Part shown: positions 1 through 9,500 of the stretch, piece by piece | How positions within the stretch are numbered: position 1 is the stretch's first letter | Layout: each line of letters begins with the position of its first letter | Source: Podarcis muralis | Taxonomy: Eukaryota | DNA length: 64,000 bases | Assembly: GCF_964188315.1 (NCBI RefSeq) | Contig: NC_135659.1 | Location: 46,190,001-46,254,000, forward strand | Direction: 5' to 3' | Notes under the pieces: model-generated | What the model was told of the DNA's origin: nothing | The model's database searches: none | Seen by the model: the letters and a program-made list of their open reading frames with translations, nothing else | Position numbers and translations under genes: made by a program

Positions 1-137
1 AAACTACTAATATGCATTTACTGTACTATAGAAATGGCAACTTGAGCATTAAGTCTTAGTACACAAATGAGGAAGCAATCAATCAAATCATGAAAATATA
101 GTCATTGAGCCTTTCCTATGTTACATACCACACCCTT

Positions 138-638
138 AATAATAATAATTTATACCCCGCCTGTCTGGCTGGGTTTCCCCAGCCACTCTGGGAGGCTTCC
201 AACAGAATATTAAAATACAATAGTCTATTAAACATGAAAAGCTTCCCTAAACAGGGAAGCCTTCAGATGTCTTCTAAAAGTCTGGTAGTTGTTGTTCTCT
301 TTGGCATCTGGTGGGAGGGCGTTCCACAGGGCGGGTGCCACTACTGAGAAGGCCCTCTGCCTGGTTCACTGTAACTTGGCTTCTCGCAGCAAGGGAACCA
401 CCAGAAGGCCCTGTGCACTGGACCTGTGTCCGGGCAGAATTACGGGGGTGGAGACACTCCTTCAGGTATACTGGACCAAGGCCGTTTAGGGCTTTAAAGG
501 TCAGCACTAACACTTTGAATTTTGCTCAGAAACTTATTGGGTAGTGTAGGTGTTATGTGGTCTAAGCGGCCGCCCCCAGTCACCAGTCTAGCTGCTGCAT
601 TCTGGATTAGTTGTAGTTTCCGGGTCACTTTCAAAGGT
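138..638 (-). mobile_element. L2-type LINE 3' fragment
   Basis: (AAT)n tail at ~138-148. The minus-strand frame gives LVLTFKALNGLGPVYLKE, typical of the L2/CR1-group ORF2 C-terminus. A similar 3' end recurs at ~30640-30830. Confidence 0.7.
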
Positions 639-2039
639 ACAAACACTTGACCAATCAACCCCATGTCTTATCTGCTTAAATGAGATTTATGGAAACATTT
701 GCTTAGATCTATGTTTTTGCTCACTATTAAGTCCCAAAGATGCAACTATGTCTAGGACCAGGACAGAGAGAGTTAACAACCAGCAGTAACACATAAGTCA
801 AATAACTATTAAAAACCTAGCACTTTGGTCTGCAATGTGTTTACTTTGGGATATGGGTCAGATTCATTTTCATTTCATTTTAAAATATGACATTCCATAT
901 CAAGCAGCATGTGCATGCTTCAGGAAAAGTTAAAGCTGCAGTGTGCCATTTTATTCTCTAACCCATAACCAGTTGTCATGTTGCAATTGAACTAAACAGA
1001 ACTAAGTTAATAAGCAGCTTATACTTTGCAAACCAGAATTCCTGCAGGTTGAAAATAACAAGTAGCTAAGCATTTGGCAATGAAGAAAATGGAAAGGTTT
1101 TCCTTTCTCAAGGCCCCCATTAGCTCTATCCCTTTGATGGGTTGAAAAAGGAGAAATATGTTCTCAGAAACAAGCCACAATTTGTTTTATCAAGGATTCG
1201 ACCCTGAGAGTACAAAGAAGGTCAGATTAGTAGAAGCAGAGAAAGACACAACAGGAATGGTCTTTATTTCAACCTTGAACTAAAGAACCTTTAGTACGTC
1301 TACAAAAGAGGTGGAATCAGCAAAAGTACTACCAGGAAGAAGAAAACTAATGGCTAGAACTGGGTAACAAGAACATCCACCACAGCATGGAGGAAAACAT
1401 TCTTGCAGAGGAGCCTCATCTCCATTTTCCTCACTGGAATTAGAGAAAAGTTAAACTATTGATACTGAGAATGTTAAAATCATGGAGTTGTGGAAGGGGG
1501 GATTTACATCATTTAGTTTTGGAAGCAGCAAGCATGTTCCTTATTTCAGAATTTTGCAGCTCATTTCAGAATTTTGCAGCTTCACAGACGCTTATTCTAT
1601 TATTATATCCAAAGTGTAGGTTTCCATGCCCTTAAAAAGAAAATGGTGTGAACAAGAACTAACTCCGCACAGCAGAGAAACCAAATATGATAATATACAG
1701 CCTTTGATACAAAGGAACGTTCAGTTGCAAGCAATGGAAAAAAAAAAACAAAGCAAAAACCCCAAGGTCTCCAAAATTAAAACATGGCAACTGATGCAAC
1801 ACAGAAATGTATTAAGCGAGCAGTAAAATCTACACAGGAAGGTGAAAGAGCTCCAGATTGCCAGTTCCTGTTGGAGGAGGGGTGCGGGCTTCCCTAAGGG
1901 TATAAAGGAACACCAAAAAGAAACACCCCCGGTACACTAAGGGGCAGTAAGGAAGCCCCCTCAATGCCTTACGCCCAGAGATGGGAACCCCGTCCAAGGC
2001 GTAACCCACATTTTGGGTGCAGTGCGACCTAGGCCAGCG

Positions 2040-2650
2040 CAGGATCCTGCTGGCCCTAAAGTGCTTTGGGCGAGGAGGTGGAGCTAGTCCTCAGCAAGCC
2101 CGCTTCTGTTGCGGGAAGGTTTCCGCGACGGAGGGTCCGCGCCCACCAACGCTGACCGGGGGTGGGGGGTGGACTTGAGCGGGCGGGCGGGGGGCTCTGC
2201 TTCCAAGGTCCGGACCTCGGGGAAGGCGTTCCCCAGCGGAGCCTGGGCTCCCCGCAGGCGCCCAGTTGCCAGGCCCACTCTCTCCGGCCCACCAGCAGCC
2301 CCTCCCACCGCCCATGGCGCTCCGCGCGCGCACAGCGGAGTGTGGGGCGGAGGAACCGCAATCTCGACCTGTGGGGACCGTGAGGGGCGCAAGGGCAACG
2401 GGGCGCGGAGGGGGTCAAGCAGGAAGTTTTCACCTCAGTCCGAAGAACCCTCCGAAGGCAACACGCGGCAAGAACAAGATGGCGGCTTAGGTGTGGGGGT
2501 GGGGTGGGGGTAGAAAGGGGCCCAGAGAAAGGAGGCCTCGGACCACGGGACCATGGCCCCGCCCTCCTCACCCGATTGGAAGAAAGCGAGGCTCGTTTGC
2601 ATAACACGGGCGGCAGCGGAGGAGGAGGACAGCCTGGTCCTTCCTTTCTG
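2040..2650. promoter_or_regulatory. CpG island / probable bidirectional BTF3L4-TXNDC12 promoter region
   Basis: Sharp GC/CpG enrichment against an AT-rich background. YY1-type AAGATGGCGGC at 2476-2486, GC box (CCCCGCCC ~2557), ATTGG at ~2576 and G-tracts at 2495-2520. Confidence 0.8.
2434..2495 (-). other. BTF3L4: Probable non-coding exon 1 of BTF3L4 (coding exons lie outside the window to the left)
   Basis: Minus strand reads CTAAGCCGCCATCTTGTTCTTGCCGCG...GGACTGAG|GTGAAA (donor at 2433) within the CpG island. Assignment rests on the known head-to-head BTF3L4/TXNDC12 arrangement in vertebrates; no BTF3L4 coding sequence was seen here. The 5' end is approximate. Confidence 0.5.
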
Positions 2651-3496
2651 TTTTTACCTAGACAATAAAACGGCAGCCCTCAATGCAATGCAGTGAGCGC
2701 AGCAGGATAGACGTGCCCAGGGGTGGGGAAGAGGGACACAGAGAAAAATGCCTCTGAAGCAATGTATGCTGGGAGTTGTAGTCATCCTTAGGAGCAGCTA
2801 GCAGGAATGGAGTGGTGCTTTTTTTTGCAATGCGCACAAGCTGTTCTTTAGCTTGGGGTGGAAGAATATTAATGTTTTTGTAGCGCATGATAGGAAAGAG
2901 CTTGTTTGCGTTTTGGGATTACTGCCCCCCCCGGCAACCTCCTCCTTTCGTTGATCAGAATGAAGCTGGAAATTGACTTAACCGGCCTTTCAAGAATCAG
3001 TTCCCCACCGCTTCTGACTTTCCCCTTCAAAGTGCCACTGAGTTTGCCCACGGCCCCAATCCTACGTCAGCTCTTCCTGCGGAACAAGCTTCGCTGAATG
3101 CAGAGGGACTTGCATCAGAGCAAGCCTGCTGCAGGACTGTGCTTCGAACTGGGGAGCTGATGTTACAGTTGCCTTTCATGAGCCGTCGGACCAGAGTTAG
3201 GACAGTTCGCCTTTTAGAAATGCACGAGAAACGAACAACTCCGTAGACACTTAGAAATCCCTACGTAGATTCCGAGCGGAAAAAGGAAGACACTCTTCTG
3301 CACAGCATGAGAACTATACATGTGCGTATATAATAATACCCCGGACCCAAATCTCTGAAGCGCCTCCTATATCCTTCCGATAACATCACTTCCTCTTAAA
3401 CAAAGAAGCTGACTTGGGTTAATCAGATACTATTGCTTAAGAGGATCGCTGTGCGGAGCTGGAGTAATTGTCCTGGTGAAGATCTTGGCAGACAGC

Positions 3497-3581
3497 ATGA
3501 AGGTTCAGTTAGCAGCGCTGTCGACTTTCCTGCTTTGCCAATTGCTTGTCGCAGTTTCTGCTGGGGAAGCATTTGGAAAAG
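3497..3581 (+). CDS. TXNDC12: TXNDC12 coding exon 1 (signal peptide)
   Basis: ATG at 3497 (gacagcATGa), hydrophobic [28 protein letters not shown], phase-1 donor AAAG|gttaga; joins in frame to exon 2 giving ...FGKGFGDH. Identified by phase and signal-peptide character; sequence diverged from mammals. Confidence 0.85.
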
Positions 3582-6500
3582 GTTAGATACCAATTCTTAT
3601 TTCCTCTTTTGTTTTTACTGATGTTTTCAAATGCCTGTGCTTTGCAAAAAATAAGCAAAAAGGTTTAGGGTGTGATCATCCCTAAGCTATCTGTGATAAC
3701 AAATACGATTCTTATAGTTTGCATCTACTATTGGAAAAATACGGTAGTTGATTTCAAGAGAGTACTGTAGTTTCTCTAGTCTAGGCCATGAGTTGCTCAG
3801 GGTGGCAGTTTCCAGGGCCCTTTTTGTTTTCAGAGTTCAGTTCAAATAAAAAGATGTGTATAAATCCTTTAGGAAAGAGAATTGCTTGCTTTGGAATAAC
3901 TTCAAACTTCATTGATGTTCCTAGGAATGGTATCTTAGATTGCCATTCTAAAAGCATTTATTTCTTCGTATGTGGTGATATATAGAAAATTGTTTTTATC
4001 TTCTGTAACTGATGCTTTAATTTATGCAGCATATATTCCCCCTTTTCTTTCAAGGTTTTGGAGATCATATTCACTGGAGGACACTGGAAGATGGGAAAAA
4101 GGAAGCAGCAGCCAGGTATCTTGTGCAAGCGGGACAACCTTGTACAACCTTAAAACTGGCTTATTTGGAAATTAATTTCCCTGTTATCCATAATAATTGC
4201 TTCCAAATAAGTGAACTGAGGTGTAAATTTCATAAGGTTAGCCTTACTATTAAACAACGTCCTGGCTTATCACTACACTCAAAGATGCAGAGTTTATACA
4301 TAAAAACAACCTCCTCCATACCAAAGTAAATTTGCTTTAGGTTGTGAGCTGTATATGCTGCTTTTCACCTTCTGATGAGAGAGATAGTCCAAACCTAAAT
4401 CAAGTTTACTTTGTAGTAAGTCCTAGGAAATTCAATTGAATTTTCCCTCTCTGTTAGTATTGTTCAAAAAAATTCTAATAAATTAAAACCAGCAGGGAAA
4501 AAATATTCTGGAAAACTCTCAGTTGACTCCCATGCAGAATTAGGCCTGTCTAAACATGTTTGGAACTGGATTACTTAAGCAAAAGAATTGCAGTCACAAC
4601 CTAAAAACCTGAAGCTGCAGATTAATACCAGTAATAGCCTTTTGTAAGAACTTGATCTCCAGCCTTACACAAGAAGACGTGAAATTATTCAGAGACTGAC
4701 AAACTGATCACCTCGAGTTCAACCATACAGTTGGGATTTCATGCTGCTGCTGCAATTAATTGATACTCTTCTTTAATTGCTTTTTAAGTTAGCACATGGA
4801 AATAACATGCTTTTAAAGGAACAATCTGTGCTTTGATATGAAAATGTTTTAGTGATGATCACTGGTATACCTGAGTACAGTTTTGCTTGGAATGAAATAG
4901 AGATTAGGGCTGTAGTCATATTTACAACACTAGGGTGGCACGTTGTGAGCGCTACATGGCACCTTTCAACTTCTGTTGTTTCCAGCTTTTAGTGTGACAT
5001 ATTTTGAGGATAGATTTTCACAGGTGAATGTCAGGAGGGTGAGATTTGGGGGAGAGTACGCTTATTTTGTTCTTGGGACTAATAGCAGCTTCCACAGCGG
5101 TTTCTCAGCTATGCCATGGTGCATTTGGGAAAAGAAGAAAAGAAACTGCCCCAGCTGGGTAGCCAGTTGCGACCTGTGTGGTTGTGTGGAACCACCCTCC
5201 TTACACTGGTGTCACTGCAGCTTACCTGGACAGGGCTGGGGTGAGGTGGTAGCAAGATTGGGGTGGCTGCACCAGTGGAGTCAATCTTGTCCTCCTGCCA
5301 GCACATCTGTACAGCCCCCAGCTTCAGTAGCACTAATGTTGGGATGATGGCTGCACACAGGCTGCTACTGTGGGTAGCTACTATACTTGGCGTGCATCTT
5401 CCAGCGAGGAGTTAGAAGCCTTCAACTTCCAAGGTTCTGGGACTAATTACACTTTCCTTGGCCAACTGTAAAGGTGACTTCTGGCATGCTCTGGAGAGGG
5501 ATCCAGCTATGACCTGGATCTTATTGCGCCATTAACAGGAGCTGACATTCTTCTGTTACAGTTGTGCTGTGGACAAGAACTTTGGATAATGAAAAACCCA
5601 ACTAGCTCACAAATGTAGAGACCTTTGGAAAATTGGCTTCTTTATTACAACACTGAACTCCTTGCACATCAGCTGATGCTCAGTCTTGCTTTCTGCAGGG
5701 ATCAGCTGTGTAAGCAGTTGATGCAGGATCCATCCAGGACATGGGATGTCAAGTGTGGGGCAGCTGAACGTGGTTTGGGGGGAAGCAGTCTCCTGGGTCA
5801 AATGGGGAGGGATGGTGGGGCAAATTTGGCCCACAAGCCAGAGGTTAGCCACCCCTACACTAGAGCTATAATCCTCTGCACACTTACTTGGTAGTAAGAC
5901 ATAAATGTTTTCTTCTAGTGTTTTAATAAGGTAATATATAAAAAGGGATTCTTTCCCAGCTGAGTACAGTGATCTTCATAAGGCAGATGTTGGTGAACCC
6001 CAACTCCCATCAGCCCCGGCCACCATGGCTAATAGTCGGGGATGATGGGAGTTGGAGTCCAACAATGTATTGAGAACCGCACGTTCCCCAGTCCTCCCAT
6101 AAGGCACAACAAAATAATAATAGCAAGTATATGTGGGTTGTGGGCAAAGCAGGTGATGTGCAAAAATGTAACATCATATAAATGGGCAATATGAGTGAGG
6201 GCTGGATAGAAGATGGCTGGGCAATTAAGGCAACACATGAAAGACTTGCACTTCTTGGTCATTGTCCATAGAGTTTAGTGTGCAGCTCTTTGACCTACAA
6301 ATATTGCTCCCGATCTCCCTTTTAGGTTTGCTTGGATTTATTTTTTTTACCACACCTCTGACAAACATAGTAGTGCCTAAGAAAGCTTTTCACATTGTGA
6401 ATTCCAGGTTTAATCCTATAAATCACTTGCATATCTAAAGGTGAAATCACTTGAGTAAACTAGACCTCCTTTTCCTGTAAGGTGGACAGTTGGCTAATCT

Positions 6501-9500
6501 TTTATTAGGTATAAAAGAGTAGGACATATTAACCTTGTTCTTAATAAATCTTTAATCTTAATGAAGCTACAATGGAACCCCCTTCCTTTTATAAATTTCA
6601 TTCTGCAGTTGCACCTTATAGAACAATCTTGTGCATGTTTACTCAAAAGTAAGTCTTAAGAGTATTGGAGTACATTAATGGTGCATTTCAATGTCTTTTT
6701 TTTATTTTTTAGTGGGTTGCCACTCATGATAATCATTCACAAATCCTGGTGTGGTGCTTGCAAAGGTAAGATAAATTAACATTCCCTGAGAGCACTTCAG
6801 AATCTTCTAATTGGATAGATACATAACATTTGTAGGAGAAAGTGTAATTTTACAGAGAGTATAGCATATATGTATTGTCTTCATAAATAAAACTATACTT
6901 ATAAGGTAGGGTTTTTTTTCTAGATATAGCTGTGGCTAAATGCTAGTTGAAAAGCTGCCTAAGCTTTTACTATTTGGATTCTGTGAGCCAAAGTTCAGAG
7001 AGTAAAGATTAGACATGTACTACACTGATGAACAAACTTACTTCAAACACCAATGAAAATGTAAAAATACTTTTAGTTCAAGAGTGACCATTTCTTTTGT
7101 GTTTTTTATTGAAAAAACCGAGAGCATTGCTTATGTTTCTTCGGCTTTTTATACTTGTATAGAACTGTTTTGTATCACTTTTTCTTTGTATTAGGTATAT
7201 TAACAAAAGTAACAAGGGCTGTTTCTTTTTATTTAAATGCGAGGATTTTGATGACTGATTCTGGTTGTGATCTAACTAAAGTTAGTCATGCTTAAGTCAT
7301 ACTGAAATTTAGAGTGCAAGTTAGGTGCGAGACAATTGTTACCATGAGACTGATATAGCTGGGTTAGGACCCTTGTGATTAGAAGCATGTGTGTAACATG
7401 TGTGTAAGAATTATGACACTTGTTCTCTTTCCTGATTAATTTTTCCTTTCTATGCTTTTCTTAGCTTTAAAACCAAAGTTTTCGGAATCTAAGGAAATCT
7501 CAGAGCTTGCCCATAATTTCGTGATGGTCAACCTTGAGGTAAGTTTCAGTTGGATAGTTGCTAAGATACTGAAATGAAGCATTTCCCCGTATTCTTCCTT
7601 GGAACTTTCTGAGACAATTTATGAAGATACAGAAAGCAAACATAAAACATTCTCTGTATTTGGTGGGGGGGTGAGGAACTACACCTCCATTGATTTATTC
7701 ATTATTTTACATTTCACATCCTTAATACAGTGGTACCTTGGTTCCTAAACTTAATCCATTCTGGAAGTCTGTTGCAAAACCAAAGCATTCCAAAACCAAG
7801 GCGTGCTTTCCCATAGAAAGTAATGCAAAATAGATTAATCCATTCCAGACTTTTAAAAACAACCCCTAAAACAGCAATTTAACATGAATTTTACTATCTA
7901 ACGAGACCATTGATCCATAAAATGAAAGCAATAATCAATGTACTGTACTATAAAATAAATGAGACAGTATTGTAGATAAAAATTAAAATTATTTTTTATT
8001 CTTGCGTGCACTATGATAGTTATTGTTTGGATGGGGGGGGGGGCTTTTATCCATTTCTGCAGTCACACAATCAATCAGTAGCTGAACTGGGTTCCACACA
8101 GTCACAAAAACAAGTCACAAGCCACAGTCACAAGTCAGTGCCATAAAATGAAGAACAAGTCACAGTCAAAACAACGAAAAAGCCACACAAACAAAAACGC
8201 AAAAAAATAGCAAAAACAAAAGCTCCAAATATCACTTCTGTTTTGCGTGGGTGCTCGGGACTGAACAGGCAACACACTCAACAGGAAGCCTCTGATTAGC
8301 AGTGGGGGACTCAATTTACAAACATAACACACTCAACAGGAAGTGGAACGTGTTCAGCTTCCAAGGCAAAGTTCATAAACCGGAACACCTACTTCCAGGT
8401 TTGCAGCATTCTATTTCCAAGTTGTTCATAAACTAAGCTGTTCTAAAACCAAGGTACCACTGTGATGTTGAATGAATGAACAAACTATTATTGTCAAAGT
8501 AATAGTCTGCTGTTTTCACAAAGAAATATTACTGATGAACAATTGCAGTGACTTGCCCTTCTTTCGAGGGGTGATATCCAACTGTGGCGTCCATCTTGCA
8601 GAATGGATCTCCATACCTTGAAATGCCAAAGGTTGAGCTTGAGAAACTTTGCATCCAAGGCAGTTGCACTTCCACAGAGCTGTGGGTCTTCCCTTTGGTT
8701 ATACATATAGAAACAATAAAGATAGATTTCTGTGGAAATAGTCCTAATGTTCCTTTACTTTATCTTTTTAACTTTCAGGATGAAGAGGAACCCAAAGATG
8801 AAGCTTTTAGTCCTGATGGTGGTTACATTCCCAGAATCATTTTCATGGGTGAGGCATGAGGCAGCTTCTTATCCCTCTTGGAGAACTGCATTGCTGTTGT
8901 CATCACATGGATGTTTTCATTTGTTCTCTCTGTTTTTTGTAGATCCCAGTGGAAACATCCATCCAGAGATCATAAATGAGAAAGGAAACCCCAGCTACAA
9001 GTACTTTTATACCAATGCTGAACAAGGTACATGTGAATTAAGTTCAAATTGGGCTTTATCTCAGATGGCTATAGTAGCCCTGGCAGCTCTCTGACTTGTA
9101 TTTCATTACAGGTGTCCTGATTAATTTACAGTTCAGAACTATATTGAATTATAGCCGATTACCATTGCGTGTAAATGGTGTAAGTTTAAGCATACACATT
9201 TAGGATTCTGTCAGACTCTTAAGTTACATCAGAGTATTGGCCAAAGAGAGGACATTTGACAGACTTGTTCTTTTTCACATCTTCTGTTAGGGGGTATGGA
9301 ATTATGATGGCGTCCGGCACGTTTCTGCTGCGCCACTGCGCTCCTGTGCCTAGCTCTCTTTCGCTCTCTCTTAGCATAGTCCTAGCAGAGGTCCCGCAGC
9401 GGTAGAAACTGTTGCCGTGTGTGGGTAATAACTCAGACTGTACGCAGGCTTCTTGCTTATCTCCAACAGTCTTTTATTGCGTAGAATAACATCGTAAATT

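Noticed and set aside
1-2050. BTF3L4 coding exons
   Set aside because: No MNQEKLAKLQ-like sequence was found on the minus strand; the coding exons must lie left of the window, so only a tentative non-coding exon is reported.
2056-2607. Overlapping ORFs (73-183 aa) in the first CpG island
   Set aside because: Typical stop-poor GC-rich sequence with no homology to BTF3L4, TXNDC12 or KTI12.
2540-3070. ER-stress elements (ERSE/ERSE-II/UPRE) for TXNDC12
   Set aside because: CCAAT, CCACG and ACGTCA pieces exist, but not with the required spacing or orientation (CCAAT-N9-CCACG, ATTGG-N-CCACG, TGACGTGG).
2975-3249. ~90-codon open frame between the CpG island and TXNDC12 exon 1
   Set aside because: No early ATG or clear acceptor, and no recognisable peptide.
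4116-4125. TXNDC12 intron-2 donor GTATCTTG resembling a U12 (GTATCCTT) site
   Set aside because: It deviates from the strict U12 consensus and there is no TCCTTAAC branch site near the acceptor, which has an ordinary poly-T U2 tract.
8584-9094. ORFs running across TXNDC12 exons 5-6 and their 94-nt intron
   Set aside because: Read-through of real exons into introns. Intron-5 retention hits a stop after three codons (G-E-A-stop), and there is no evidence for a separate gene.
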